Assembly (NCBI GenBank): GCA_037305845.1 | Contig: CP147778.1 | Location: 1,984,001 to 2,048,000 of the forward strand | DNA length: 64,000 nucleotides | Source: Candidatus Freyarchaeum deiterrae | GTDB taxonomy: Archaea; Asgardarchaeota; Jordiarchaeia; Jordiarchaeales; Jordiarchaeaceae | Direction of reading: 5' to 3' | Shown here: piece after piece, positions 38,946-49,880 of the stretch | How positions within the stretch are numbered: the stretch's first letter is position 1 | Layout: the number at the start of each line of letters is the position of its first letter | Program-made: the position numbers and the translations under genes | The notes under the pieces: generated by a model | Told to the model about the DNA's origin: nothing | Databases searched by the model: none | Seen by the model: only the letters and a program-made list of their open reading frames with translations

Positions 38946-41048
38946 ATGGTGGGACTAGATTTCTTATTCAAACCCATTTCTGTTGCTGTGATTGGTGCTT
39001 CAAGACATGAAGGCAAGGTTGGTTACAACGTTCTCAAAAACATTATCTCAAGCAATTTCCAAGGAAAAATTTATCCAATCAACCCCTCAGCAGATAATAT
39101 TTTGGGTCGCAGAGCGTATAAGAGTATACTTAATGTCAATGATAGTATTGACCTTGCGGTAGTAACGGTACCCGCCGAGTTAGTCCCCCAAGTTGCTGAA
39201 GAATGTGGCCAGAAAAAAGTAAAAGGTATGGTCATCATCACAGCGGGATTTAAAGAATCCGGCCACAGAGGCTCGGAGTTGGAGAAGGATATCACTGAGA
39301 AGGCTAAAGAGTACCATTTTCGGGTATTAGGACCAAATTGTCTAGGCTTTATTGATACCTTCACCCCCATAAACGCCTCTTTTACATCCGAGTTTCCTTT
39401 GAGAGGAAATATTGGATTTGCTTCCCAGAGTGGCGCTATTCTGTCAGGAATCCTTGATTGGTCAATAGATGAAGGAGTTGGATTCAGTAAATTCATAAGT
39501 TTGGGAAATAAGAGCGATTTGGACGAAAGCGATACGATTGAAGAGCTGGCCAATGATTCTAATACAAAAGTAATACTGCTATATCTTGAGGGTGTTGAGG
39601 ACGGCTTGAGATTTATCGAAATCGCCAGAAAGGTCTCCCGTACCAAACCCATCGTGGTTCTAAAATCCGGGGTAAGCTCAGCTGGTGCGAGGGCGGCCTC
39701 ATCACATACTGGTGCACTCGCTGGCAGTGATAAAGCTTATTCAACAGCCTTTAAACAGATTGGGGTACTAAGAGCCCATAACATAGAAGAGCTTTTCGGT
39801 TATGGAATAACTTTTTCTTTACAAAATATTCCTAAAACTAGTTCAGTAGCAATAATCACCAATGCAGGAGGACCTAGTATCATTGCAACCGATAAGTGTG
39901 AAGAGGAAGGTCTACCACTGGCTGGATTTGAGGCGGAGACTATTGAAAAGCTTAGAGCCAATCTTCCGAAGGAATCCTCAATTTATAATCCTGTTGATCT
40001 TCTGGGTGACGCCCTTGAAGACCGCTACAAATTCGCTTTGAGTGCAGTCTTATCCGACTCCAATGTAGGCTGTGTTTTGGTTATATTGACTCCACAAGCA
40101 ATGACCAAACCTAAAGAAACTGCGGAGTCTATTATCGAGGCATCTAAAGAATACCAAAATAAGCCAATAGTAGCCTCCTTTATGGGTGGTGAAGGTGTTC
40201 GAGAAGCTTCGAAAAATTTGTTAAGCCACGGTATTCCCTGTTTCGGATTTCCAGAACCCGGTGTGAAATCTCTTGCTGGTTTAGTTAAGTTTGCATCTTT
40301 AGCAAAAGCTGAGTTGGACGGGGAAGTACCTAGGTTCGATGTGGATAAGGATAAAGTACGTGAGATTTTAACTAATGTTTATAATGATGATAGAGTGGTT
40401 TTACTTGGTCACGAGGCAGCTGCTGTGACTGCAGCTTATGGAATAGCGACCCCTAAAGTTGAACTTGCGAGAAGCTCCGAAGAGGCTGTAAAGATAGCTG
40501 AAAAAATAGGCTACCCAGTGGTTATGAAGGTTTCAAGCCCACAGATATTACACAAAACTGATATCGGTGGAGTCATAATGAACCTAGAAAACACAGAAGA
40601 GGTATCTAACGCCTATGACACAATCTCCTCAAATGTCTTTAGACACTTTCCACAAGCACAGATTTATGGAATTTCAGTACAGCAAATGGTTCCGCAAGGA
40701 AGAGAATTAATCATAGGAATGACCAGAGACCTGACCTGGGGACCCATGATTGCAGCAGGCCTCGGTGGGATTTACGTAAACCTTTTTGAGGATGTCTCTT
40801 TCAGAATATCCCCGTTCTCTAGGAAGCAGGCGCTCGGTATGCTCTCTGAAACTAAAGCTTATAGATTACTGAAAGGCGTCCGTGGCGAGAAACCTTCTGA
40901 TATTGATTCCATAGTAGATGCAATATTGCGTGTCTCTCAGCTCTCGCAAGATTTCAAAATAATAGACGAGTTGGATATAAACCCCCTCTTTGCTTACGAG
41001 GAGGGATGCTTGGCACTAGATGTTAAAATTACGCTCGAAAAGAAGTGA
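38946..41048 (+). CDS. acd: ADP-forming acetate/acyl-CoA synthetase, alpha-beta fusion
   Basis: AVIGAS, GPNCLG, SQSGA, SHTGALAG (phospho-His), NPVDL.GDA, ATP-grasp HKTDIGGV, ELDINPL. Confidence 0.93.
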   Translation: MVGLDFLFKPISVAVIGASRHEGKVGYNVLKNIISSNFQGKIYPINPSADNILGRRAYKSILNVNDSIDLAVVTVPAELVPQVAEECGQKKVKGMVIITAGFKESGHRGSELEKDITEKAKEYHFRVLGPNCLGFIDTFTPINASFTSEFPLRGNIGFASQSGAILSGILDWSIDEGVGFSKFISLGNKSDLDESDTIEELANDSNTKVILLYLEGVEDGLRFIEIARKVSRTKPIVVLKSGVSSAGARAASSHTGALAGSDKAYSTAFKQIGVLRAHNIEELFGYGITFSLQNIPKTSSVAIITNAGGPSIIATDKCEEEGLPLAGFEAETIEKLRANLPKESSIYNPVDLLGDALEDRYKFALSAVLSDSNVGCVLVILTPQAMTKPKETAESIIEASKEYQNKPIVASFMGGEGVREASKNLLSHGIPCFGFPEPGVKSLAGLVKFASLAKAELDGEVPRFDVDKDKVREILTNVYNDDRVVLLGHEAAAVTAAYGIATPKVELARSSEEAVKIAEKIGYPVVMKVSSPQILHKTDIGGVIMNLENTEEVSNAYDTISSNVFRHFPQAQIYGISVQQMVPQGRELIIGMTRDLTWGPMIAAGLGGIYVNLFEDVSFRISPFSRKQALGMLSETKAYRLLKGVRGEKPSDIDSIVDAILRVSQLSQDFKIIDELDINPLFAYEEGCLALDVKITLEKK

Positions 41049-41076
41049 AAAATAAAACCAAACAAAAAGAATAAGG

Positions 41077-42189
41077 TTGAAAAAAATGGATAGCCCCAAA
41101 AAATTAATGATTTCGGGTTTTCGCCATAGCGGCAAAACCGCCTTTAGTCTATCCTTGGCACTTTTACTACGAGATCAAGGGCTTAAAGTTGGCTATTTCA
41201 AACCACTAGGATGGCAAACTTTTGTAAAGGAACAGGTCTCATCAGGGAAACAACTCGGATACTTCATGGACGCGGATGCCCATTTAATGAAAGAAGTGCT
41301 CAAGCTCGAGCAACCAATGGAATATATTGTTCCAGTGTTAATCAATTTTAATTATCTAACTTCTATGGCTAAGGAAACCGATAAAGCCCTTGAAAAAAGA
41401 ATCGAAGAAGCCTACCGTAGGGTTTCAGAGGGAGTAGATATACTTCTCATTGAGGGAGGTCATATACCTCAACTTTTTTACAGCAGAAAACTATCAACTT
41501 ATCATCTGGCAAAAAAATTCGATGCCAAGTTTCTTATGGTGGGCAATGTTCGTAGTGATCTTCCAGTTGATGACTTGATTTTCAGGAAAGCCGTACTGGA
41601 CTTGTTAAACATAAATTGCATAGGTACGGTCATAAACAATGTTCCAAGAATTTCTTTGCAAAGAACAAAAGGCGTAATCAAACCGCTTCTTGAAAAAAAC
41701 AGCCTAAAAGTCTGGGGAGTGATTGAAGAAAATAGAGAAATCACCTCTCCCACAGTTGCTGACATACAAGATATAGTTGAAGGCGAAATACTTGAAACCC
41801 CTGAAAAATTAGACTTGGATAGTATCCTAGTGGAGGATTTTCTAATAGGTTCCATGACTTACGAAAGCGCCATCAAGTACTTTAGACGAAGTATAAACAA
41901 AGCGGTTATTATGGGTGGAGACAGAGATGACATAGCTCTGGCAGCGCTTGAAACAAGCGCCTCTGTATTAATCCTAACAGGTAATCTGTACCCAGACGTT
42001 AGAGTTCTATCAAAAGCCAGAGAAAAAAACATTCCAGTGATATTAGTACCTTACGACACCTACACCACAGTAAGCAAGCTTGAAGGACTAACTGGAAAAC
42101 TGAAACCCGGCAACACAGAACGAATTGAAAAACTAAAAAGGATAGTCGAATCAGAAGTTGATTGGAAAGGAATTCTCGAAGCTTTATAG
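41077..42189 (+). CDS. BioD-like P-loop plus DRTGG domain protein (phosphotransacetylase N-terminal family)
   Basis: SGKT, GYFKP, LIEG, GGDRDDI.LAAL, LILTG; the usual neighbour of archaeal ACD. Confidence 0.88.
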   Translation: MKKMDSPKKLMISGFRHSGKTAFSLSLALLLRDQGLKVGYFKPLGWQTFVKEQVSSGKQLGYFMDADAHLMKEVLKLEQPMEYIVPVLINFNYLTSMAKETDKALEKRIEEAYRRVSEGVDILLIEGGHIPQLFYSRKLSTYHLAKKFDAKFLMVGNVRSDLPVDDLIFRKAVLDLLNINCIGTVINNVPRISLQRTKGVIKPLLEKNSLKVWGVIEENREITSPTVADIQDIVEGEILETPEKLDLDSILVEDFLIGSMTYESAIKYFRRSINKAVIMGGDRDDIALAALETSASVLILTGNLYPDVRVLSKAREKNIPVILVPYDTYTTVSKLEGLTGKLKPGNTERIEKLKRIVESEVDWKGILEAL

Positions 42190-42338
42190 GAATCATTTCA
42201 AAAAAGGAAAAATGCTTGAATCCTTTTCCAATAATTCAAAAATCCTGAAAAGCTATAAACAGGCGTCTTTACCATTCTCGTAATCAAAATTACTAATACT
42301 ATCTAAAATTCTATAAAATAATTAATTCATGAGGAGGA

Positions 42339-43064
42339 GTGTCCTTGAAGTATCTCCTTGAAGACATGACTTGGACTGAAATTGAGGAGGAATTGAAGAA
42401 GAAAAGTTTTGTGATAGTTCCTTTCGGCTCAGTTGAGGAACACGGTCCCCATCTTCCAATTTCGACGGACAATGATCTATGTTACGCTGTTGTAAAAAAA
42501 GGAGCAGAAGGTACTGATTTTCTGGTCGCGCCCATGGTAACTTATGGCTTGGAGCGTTCCACGAGAGGATTCGCTGGATCCATTTCTCTTCGATTTGAAA
42601 CCCTTAAGCAGTTGGTGAAAGATATTTTATTCGAATTGGCAAGTCAAGGATTCCAAAAAATTGTGCTCTTCAGTTTTCACGCGAGTTCAACACATCTCGT
42701 AGTATTAAAGGAAGCGGCCTTCGATTTTGCGCAAGAAAATAAAAAGGTGAAGGTGTACCTAGTTTCTAGCATGGACTTAGTGGGGTCAGATTTAGCAAAA
42801 ATTCTCGAAACACCTCCTCAGCATGCCTGTGAACTAGAAACGTCTCTCATGCTCTATCTAAAACCTGAAGCGGTTCAAATGAATAAGGCTGTTGAAGAAC
42901 ATCCTTCCGGCACCCCGTTTCTTGTGTATCCCTCCGGAAGAGAATGGATGAAAACGGGAGTTATGGGTGACCCCCGAAAATCCTCTGCAAAAAAGGGAGA
43001 AAAAATATTCAATTTAATGACCCAAAAGCTTAGAGAAATCCTCACTAATATTCTACACGGATGA
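42339..43064 (+). CDS. Creatininase/amidohydrolase family protein
   Basis: MTW.E, P.GSVEEHGPHLP.STD, HACELETS, GV.GDP..S..KG. Confidence 0.9.
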   Translation: MSLKYLLEDMTWTEIEEELKKKSFVIVPFGSVEEHGPHLPISTDNDLCYAVVKKGAEGTDFLVAPMVTYGLERSTRGFAGSISLRFETLKQLVKDILFELASQGFQKIVLFSFHASSTHLVVLKEAAFDFAQENKKVKVYLVSSMDLVGSDLAKILETPPQHACELETSLMLYLKPEAVQMNKAVEEHPSGTPFLVYPSGREWMKTGVMGDPRKSSAKKGEKIFNLMTQKLREILTNILHG

Positions 43065-43162
43065 TGCTGGAAGGTATCACTTTTAACCTCCTCTATTCGC
43101 TGAATCACTTAAAAAAACAAGTGACAGAAAACTAGATATTGACTTTAATTATAGGTGATAGT

Positions 43163-43498
43163 ATGTCAAAACTGGATCAATGGATGCGTTTCTATAGAGA
43201 ACATGCAGATGACTCATTAAAAGTTGAAGACTACGCTTCGGCTTCCGATTATTTCTCTTTAGCTTCATTCACCGCAATAATCGCTGACGATATTGCCCAA
43301 GCGAAATATTTTGCCGATGAGGCGTTAAAGGCTTGCGAGATGGGAAATTTGGAGGATGACCACCAAGAACTAGCAATGGCAGCTAAGGCGCTTTCTTCTG
43401 GCAAAAGTGAAGAAGCTGAAAAGCATTGGAACAAAATTAAAAACAAATTACAAGAAGAGATAACAAATCTTTACCATGGCGCTCTTGCAAAAATGTAG
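43163..43498 (+). CDS. Hypothetical alpha-helical (TPR-like) protein
   Basis: GGTGA RBS before ATG 43163; Ala-rich helical-repeat pattern. Confidence 0.6.
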   Translation: MSKLDQWMRFYREHADDSLKVEDYASASDYFSLASFTAIIADDIAQAKYFADEALKACEMGNLEDDHQELAMAAKALSSGKSEEAEKHWNKIKNKLQEEITNLYHGALAKM

Positions 43499-43509
43499 TT
43501 TGAAATACA

Positions 43510-44058
43510 TTATCGAGAATTAAGCATTAGATCCATCAGTACCTCATCCTTATATTCCCCTTCCATTTTGAACTGGCGTTTCCTGACTCCGATTATCTGA
43601 AACTTGTGTTTTTCATAAAGCCTTATGGCATTTAGATTAGAGTTAAATGTGCTCAAACAGACTTTTTCAAATCCTTTTTCACGAGCCCTAATGATAGCTT
43701 CCGTTATCAGAGCATTTCCTACTCCCTTCCCCCTCTGCCCAGTGGTAACCATTATCCCCAGGTTGCCCACGTGCTCTGCGGCATCCCAATCATCACGTTC
43801 AATTAGGCTGTGTCCAACGATGTTTCCCTCTGTCTCAGCGACTAGAACGATATTTCCTACGCTCTTATGGTGGGAAAACCAGGATAGGCGTTCAAACTCG
43901 CCTTCCTCCACAAAAAGTACTGGAATCCACTTTTTCTCCTCGACAACTGAACGAAAAATTCTCCATATGTCAACCAAATCTTTGGGGGTAGCATCTCGTA
44001 TATTAACAGTTGAACCATCTTTAAGAGGGTAAGCTTTAGTCGTTTCATGCACCGCCAA
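43510..44058 (-). CDS. GNAT acetyltransferase
   Basis: QRGKGVG, N.NAI.LYEK..F..IG. Confidence 0.9.
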   Translation of the reverse strand: MAVHETTKAYPLKDGSTVNIRDATPKDLVDIWRIFRSVVEEKKWIPVLFVEEGEFERLSWFSHHKSVGNIVLVAETEGNIVGHSLIERDDWDAAEHVGNLGIMVTTGQRGKGVGNALITEAIIRAREKGFEKVCLSTFNSNLNAIRLYEKHKFQIIGVRKRQFKMEGEYKDEVLMDLMLNSR

Positions 44059-44103
44059 TTAAATCAAAATAAAAAGAGAAGATCTGGAAAGATATCAATC
44101 CTT

Positions 44104-44340
44104 CTACAAGAGCGATTTAATAGGAATGTCTTGGAACTGGCCGTTCGGTAAAGTGCGGCGAATAACTAATGGTAAACTGCCCGACCATAATTCAGCAGTT
44201 GCAATAACGATGGGGTCACTTACTTTATCAGTAAGGTCAATCAATATCGGCGCACCCATAGTAATCTGTAAAGCCCTAGTGCTTATTATTCTTGATTTCT
44301 CATATTTGGTAAGCTTAGGCGGTCCGATTTTGATGTCCAT
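44104..44340 (-). CDS. rpoK: RNA polymerase subunit Rpo6/K
   Basis: LTKYEKSRIISTRALQITMGAP, DP..IA..EL....LPL.IRR.LP.G. Confidence 0.96.
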   Translation of the reverse strand: MDIKIGPPKLTKYEKSRIISTRALQITMGAPILIDLTDKVSDPIVIATAELWSGSLPLVIRRTLPNGQFQDIPIKSLL

Positions 44341-44454
44341 CTCTATCGTGATAGCCCCCAGGTGTTTGATGAAGAAAAGGGAAAGGAGTATAGTGTAAAC
44401 TGAATTACACCTTATCCTTTTAAGTCTTTTCCGTTATTTTGGGGGCAAATTGTT

Positions 44455-46107
44455 TTAATCTTCGCCCATTCCGCCTTCTTCACCGCCGCCCGGAGGTACG
44501 CCAGGGCCTCCGCCTCCACCTTTAGTGGATCCAGCGATTACATCGTCAATCTTAAGAATCATCTGAGCTGCTTCACTAGCCGACTTAATCGCCTGTCTCT
44601 TAACTGCAGCGGGTTCCCAAACATTCAACTTGGTCATGTCTTCGATTTTACCCGTATAAACATCGAGGCCATACACGTAGTCTTTTGGCTTAACATGTTT
44701 TGCTCTCAATTCAACCATAATGTCCAACTGATCCAAACCAGCGTTCTCAGCAAGAGTCCTAGGAATCACCTCAAGAGACTCGGCGAACTGTTTCACAGCG
44801 AGTTGCTCACGACCGCTAAGAGTATTTGCGTATTCTTTAAGTCTCTTTGAAACCTCAATCTCGGGAGCGCCGCCACCAGGCACAACCTTGCCATCCTCAA
44901 TTACATCACGAACCACACACAGTGCGTCGTGAATTGCACGCTCTGCTTCATCAACAATAAGTTCAGTACCACCCCGGACTAGGATACTAATTGACTTGGG
45001 ATTCTTGCAGCCCTCAACGAATACCATGTCATCGTCGCCGATCTTCTTTCCGTAAACTACTTCGGCATGACCTAGATCCTCTTCAGTCAAATCATCTATG
45101 TTAGTGACTATTTCAGCACCAGTGGCTTTAGCAAGCTTCTCCATATCTGACTTCTTAATACGTCTAACAGCGAGAACACCTGCCTTAGCAAGATAGTGCT
45201 GGGCAATATCATCGACGCCTTTCTGAAGGAGAACCACGTTGGCGCCCACGTTGATGATTTTTTCAGTCATGTTCCTAATCATTCTTTCCTCCTGATCGAG
45301 AAAAGCTTTCATCTGGTCTGGATTTGTGATGTTTATTTTTGCATCAAACTCTGTCTTCTCAATTTCCAACGGGGCAGCTACCAGTGCAATCTTCGCATTC
45401 TCCACTCTCTTAGGCATCCCGGGATGAACTATCTCCTTATCTAAAATAATACCATTGACCAAAATAGTGTTCTCTAAGCTTTCTCCTTCCTTCTTGTCGA
45501 CCTTTACGTTTTCGATGTCGGCAGTCCACTTACCACCAATCTTTTCTGCAACCATTGTCACTGCTTTTACGGCAATATCGCTTAGATACTCACGAGAACC
45601 AGCAACCACTTTACTACTCATCGAAACCACTGCAACTTTTTTCAGCATCTCCTCATCATCAATAGAAGTCTTAGTTGAAATATCCTCAATAGCCTCCAAA
45701 GCCTTCTCAGTAGCCTTGCGGTATCCCTCAATAATTATTGTGGGATGAATCTCTTGATCTAGCAAAGTCTCTGCATTTTTGAGAAACTCACCACCAAGCA
45801 CGACCGCGGTGGTTGTTCCATCTCCAACTTCGTCATCCTGAGTTTTTGCTACATTAACCATCATCTTCGCTGCGGGATGCTGTACATCAATCTCCTTTAG
45901 AATCGTGGCGCCATCATTCGTTATAACCACATCGCCGAAGCTATCAACCAACATCTTATCCATTCCTAAAGGACCTAGAGATGTTCGAACCGCCTCAGCG
46001 ATTACTTTGGCTGCCATAATATTCGTTCTCTGAGCATCCCTTCCTTGACTTCTTTCTGAACCTTCTTTCAATATTAGTACGGGTGTTCCGCCTAATTGTG
46101 CTGACAT
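44455..46107 (-). CDS. ths: Thermosome (group II chaperonin) subunit, second paralogue
   Basis: [29 protein letters not shown]; acidic Gly-rich tail. Confidence 0.98.
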   Translation of the reverse strand: MSAQLGGTPVLILKEGSERSQGRDAQRTNIMAAKVIAEAVRTSLGPLGMDKMLVDSFGDVVITNDGATILKEIDVQHPAAKMMVNVAKTQDDEVGDGTTTAVVLGGEFLKNAETLLDQEIHPTIIIEGYRKATEKALEAIEDISTKTSIDDEEMLKKVAVVSMSSKVVAGSREYLSDIAVKAVTMVAEKIGGKWTADIENVKVDKKEGESLENTILVNGIILDKEIVHPGMPKRVENAKIALVAAPLEIEKTEFDAKINITNPDQMKAFLDQEERMIRNMTEKIINVGANVVLLQKGVDDIAQHYLAKAGVLAVRRIKKSDMEKLAKATGAEIVTNIDDLTEEDLGHAEVVYGKKIGDDDMVFVEGCKNPKSISILVRGGTELIVDEAERAIHDALCVVRDVIEDGKVVPGGGAPEIEVSKRLKEYANTLSGREQLAVKQFAESLEVIPRTLAENAGLDQLDIMVELRAKHVKPKDYVYGLDVYTGKIEDMTKLNVWEPAAVKRQAIKSASEAAQMILKIDDVIAGSTKGGGGGPGVPPGGGEEGGMGED

Positions 46108-46175
46108 GTTTATCCTCCTCAGCTTTTTATTTTTAAGCGTTAAATTTGCTTGTTATTATTGCGGGACAATGTTAT

Positions 46176-46192
46176 AGCACTTCTATATAAAT
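46176..46192 (-). promoter_or_regulatory. Second copy of ATTTATATAGAAGTGCT, upstream of the second thermosome gene
   Basis: Plus-strand agcacttctatataaat is the reverse complement of 24621-24637. Confidence 0.7.
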
Positions 46193-46350
46193 TTTACGAA
46201 TTCATAAGTTAACCTATATCTCTACCTACTTCTTTAAAATATGATCTGATAAAATCAGACAAAACTCCTCGCAATCAACAGGATTAGCACTCCTCTACAA
46301 AATAAGAAGTTGAATCTCTTTTCCTAGATGTTTTCTTTTTGGGATTTTGT

Positions 46351-47508
46351 TTATTGTTCTGAGAGTAGGTGGATGTTTCCTATTTTGACGTTTTTTAATC
46401 CTACTTTTTTGGCGGCTTCCAAGCTTTCGAATGCTAGTTTTTTACTTGTGGTTGGCAGGTCGTTCATTATGTAACTTGGGTAGAATCCTAGGAGGGAGTA
46501 GGGTATTTCAGGATTAATGCTTACTATAAATTCTGCTATTTTTTCTACTTCTTTGACTTCTACGTATCCTGGTATTAGTAGTGTGCTTGCCACGAGTAGT
46601 GGATTTTGGGGTCTTTCGTCGAAAAGTTTTCCGAGTTTTTTGAAGTTTTCTAGAGTTCTTTGGTTGCTTGCTCCGCATAGGGCTATGTTTAGCTGTTCAC
46701 TCCATGTTTTGATGTCGAACTTGATGTTTCCCCCGGATTCTAGTGCTATTTGTGCCGCTTTTTCAAGTAGGGGCCAGCTCATGGTTCCGTTTGTCTCCCA
46801 ACATATTCGAATCAGCCCATTCCATTCGGTCTTCGCCTTTTCTATCGCTAGTTCAGCTGTTTTTAAGCTGTGCGGCATTTGAACCGCGGGGTCTCCTCCA
46901 AAGTAGCATATGCAGGACACCTTCTTTGTACATTTTTCTGCAAGTTTTTTGGCGCTCATAACTGGGTCAATTTTCCTCGTGTTTTCTCTATAGTGCCAGT
47001 TTTGGCAGAATAAACAATCGAAGGAGCAAGCTCCATAAAAAACAGCTAGATTTACCTGCCCATATTCCGGTCCTCGCGTTTTAGTGTACTTCGGGAAGCC
47101 TACGCTTGTGCATCCTGGACATACCCATGAAGCTACACAGTTGGTGGGTAGTGGATCATAGTACCATTCCAATAGACCTTTTTCAGGGGTGCCTGCGAGT
47201 CGGACTAGTTTTCCTTCCTCGTTTGCTACTAGCCCACAGTATCCTATTTCGGCGGATGGTATTTTACAGTCGTTTACGCACATTCCACAGAGTATTCCGT
47301 TCTTATCGCTTGGAGGTGTTTCTGGAAGGTTGAATTTGACTCTACTCAACCTGTGGGCTTTGAGAGTGTAAGGAAGTGACGCTTCGGGATTCTCAACTAT
47401 ACATTCTCCGCATACACCAAGTTTTTCTGAAATAAGTGGATTTGTTTTACCGCAAACTTTACACTTTGACACAGTTGATTTAGAGTTTTCAAATACTCGA
47501 AGGCTCAT
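46351..47508 (-). CDS. Radical SAM protein (PflA-like/AmmeMemoRadiSam-related) with N-terminal Cys motifs
   Basis: GACSFDCLFCQN (CxxxCxxC), FGGDP, WETNG, extra CxxC clusters. Confidence 0.9.
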   Translation of the reverse strand: MSLRVFENSKSTVSKCKVCGKTNPLISEKLGVCGECIVENPEASLPYTLKAHRLSRVKFNLPETPPSDKNGILCGMCVNDCKIPSAEIGYCGLVANEEGKLVRLAGTPEKGLLEWYYDPLPTNCVASWVCPGCTSVGFPKYTKTRGPEYGQVNLAVFYGACSFDCLFCQNWHYRENTRKIDPVMSAKKLAEKCTKKVSCICYFGGDPAVQMPHSLKTAELAIEKAKTEWNGLIRICWETNGTMSWPLLEKAAQIALESGGNIKFDIKTWSEQLNIALCGASNQRTLENFKKLGKLFDERPQNPLLVASTLLIPGYVEVKEVEKIAEFIVSINPEIPYSLLGFYPSYIMNDLPTTSKKLAFESLEAAKKVGLKNVKIGNIHLLSEQ

Positions 47509-47627
47509 AGATTACTCTTCCCTCTCCTTGTTACCTATAAATACTAGTTGCAAATAACTAATAAATAATACTGCCCTCCACACATTAGGAGGAGAATTTT
47601 CGGGAGGTTGAATTACCTTTAAGAATT

Positions 47628-48122
47628 TTACATGTTATCAGCTTTTCTAGACATCAGGTATGCGCTTTCCCCGTCATGGTAGTATCCCCTCAGTTCCCTA
47701 ACCACGGTGAATCCTAAACTCTTATACATAGTTAAAGCGGAGTCGTTGGTAATTCTGCATTCCAAAACGAATTCATCGGCACCGTACTCCTTCATTGCCT
47801 TCATGCCTTCCATCATGAGTTTTTTACCTACCCCTTTTCTACGGTGCTCAGGCAAAACTGCTATAGAAACTACATGTCCTTTGTTAATCCGGTGTAAGGT
47901 GGGAGTAAAAACACCCGACATTCCTTTTTCAATCCTGTTCATCATATAGCCCACTACTCCTCCATCCTTTTCAGCAACAACAAACGATTTAGGATACCTC
48001 CTCAGAATCTCCACGAAAAAGGGATAAGGATAATTTTCTGGAAGAGTTGTGTGGTTAATTCTCATTATTTCATTAATATCTTCAATGTCAGCATATCTAA
48101 TAGTATAGTCCTGATTCGCCAA
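47628..48122 (-). CDS. ard1: N-terminal protein acetyltransferase Ard1/RimI
   Basis: LPENY, GHVVSIAVL..HRRKG.G, YY.DGE.AYLM. Confidence 0.92.
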   Translation of the reverse strand: MANQDYTIRYADIEDINEIMRINHTTLPENYPYPFFVEILRRYPKSFVVAEKDGGVVGYMMNRIEKGMSGVFTPTLHRINKGHVVSIAVLPEHRRKGVGKKLMMEGMKAMKEYGADEFVLECRITNDSALTMYKSLGFTVVRELRGYYHDGESAYLMSRKADNM

Positions 48123-48380
48123 GAAATCACCATGAATAGTGCTTTTAATTTAAATCTGTGAAAGATAGTATATCTCTTACCAAATACCCGATTTAATCTT
48201 TACGCACAATAAAACAACAATTTTTCCTCCAGCAAAAAATCTTTAACCAAAAATGAAAAAGCCACATTAAAAAATAGGCGAACATTCATTGAAAGGATTC
48301 TTTAAAAGTCTTAGTCAGAGTCATTAATTTCATCTAGTTGGAAAGATTTTTAACTCACTATTCTTTAAGGAAGAACATAA

Positions 48381-49739
48381 TTGGAAAAGGAAGGAAGAAA
48401 AACGGGAGACCAAGGACAACTACCCTTAAACTTGGAAGAATTACGTAGAATTGTTGAGAAACATTTCATAGTTTTCGAGGCATACACAGAACTAGACGGC
48501 AGCCCAACATTTATTTTACCCTCAGCTCAAGAAACCAAGGTTCCATTTCAAAAACTCATAGAAGACCTGAGAAGATATAACCTGCTCGCCTTGCTGAGAA
48601 AGGCAGAAAGGGTTCCCCAAAGATACCAGATATTCGCTAATTATGGTCCTCTAGAAAAGGGAGAAGCTGAACTAGTTCTAAGAATATTCCCAAACCTCGA
48701 ACCCCAAAAAACCAGATCTGTACTAATAAACGTTGCCCTATTAATCGCAACCACAATCACCATCTCCTACCTAGGCTTTTCAATAGCGCAGAGTTACGAT
48801 TACACCATACTTTTTTATCAGAACTTCATACTCTATATGTGGAATCTTTACGGCAATCCTCTCATACTAATAAGTAGCTTCATTGGTAACGTATGGAATG
48901 GGTACATTGACCCAACTCTACTAATGGTAACCTTTACTGTAAGTCTACTAGCAATTGTAGGATTGCACGAAATGGGGCACTACGTTACAACTAGACTTAG
49001 AGGGCAAAAGGCCTCGCTACCCTACTTTATACCTATGCCACCCCTACCTGGGTTCATAAACATTGGAACTTTCGGAGCAGTGATTGTCCAAAGAACCCCG
49101 ATTATTAACCGTGATAGGCTTTTTGAATTAGGCTTAATGGGACCACTAACAGGTTTCATAGTAACACTCATAGCTTTAGTGGCCTCCATAAATCTATACC
49201 CCCTCATCTATCCCCCAATTATATATTACCTCGCTAGCACCGATTTACATATCATATCCACATACGGGTATATTTTCTATTATGGGATCACATATTATGG
49301 TTATCCTAGCGTACTCCCCTTATTATTGAGTGGAAACTCCTCACAGTTTCCTCTTCTCTTTGTAACCTTAATGTCATTATTCAGACAAACTCCACCTTTA
49401 ACTATCATGCCTCTATACCCGCTGAGCTGGGCAGTGTGGATAGGTATGTTGTTAACCTCGCTAAACATGTTTCCCATAGGCATGCTGGACGGGGGTCACA
49501 TGGCTCGCGCTTTCCTGAGTCAGCGACAAAGTCGTATCGCATCTTTTATAGCTGCTCTAGCTATGATAATTATCAGCCCGAACTATTTACCGATGGCCAT
49601 TTTGTTTCTGCTTCTGACTGGGAGAGGCCATCCTGGAGCACTCGATGATGCCTCACCAATCGCGAGATGGAAAATAGCTGTTTGGGCAAGTATGATAATA
49701 ATTGCCGCACTTACAATACCCCTGCTGGGATGGGGCTAA
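48381..49739 (+). CDS. Site-2 protease (M50) family
   Basis: HEMGH, LPYFIP, GTFGAVI, GPL.GF, LNMFP.G.LDGGH. Confidence 0.93.
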   Translation: MEKEGRKTGDQGQLPLNLEELRRIVEKHFIVFEAYTELDGSPTFILPSAQETKVPFQKLIEDLRRYNLLALLRKAERVPQRYQIFANYGPLEKGEAELVLRIFPNLEPQKTRSVLINVALLIATTITISYLGFSIAQSYDYTILFYQNFILYMWNLYGNPLILISSFIGNVWNGYIDPTLLMVTFTVSLLAIVGLHEMGHYVTTRLRGQKASLPYFIPMPPLPGFINIGTFGAVIVQRTPIINRDRLFELGLMGPLTGFIVTLIALVASINLYPLIYPPIIYYLASTDLHIISTYGYIFYYGITYYGYPSVLPLLLSGNSSQFPLLFVTLMSLFRQTPPLTIMPLYPLSWAVWIGMLLTSLNMFPIGMLDGGHMARAFLSQRQSRIASFIAALAMIIISPNYLPMAILFLLLTGRGHPGALDDASPIARWKIAVWASMIIIAALTIPLLGWG

Positions 49740-49880
49740 CCCTTCTAAAGCTCGGCTTCTCATTTCTACAAACTTTTTCACACTTTTTAAGAAACTTTTT
49801 TAAAGAAAATCAACCTTACGGACATCTAAATCTTTTAGGTCGGAACAGCGACGGCGGACAGCGAAGAACTACCATTAAGC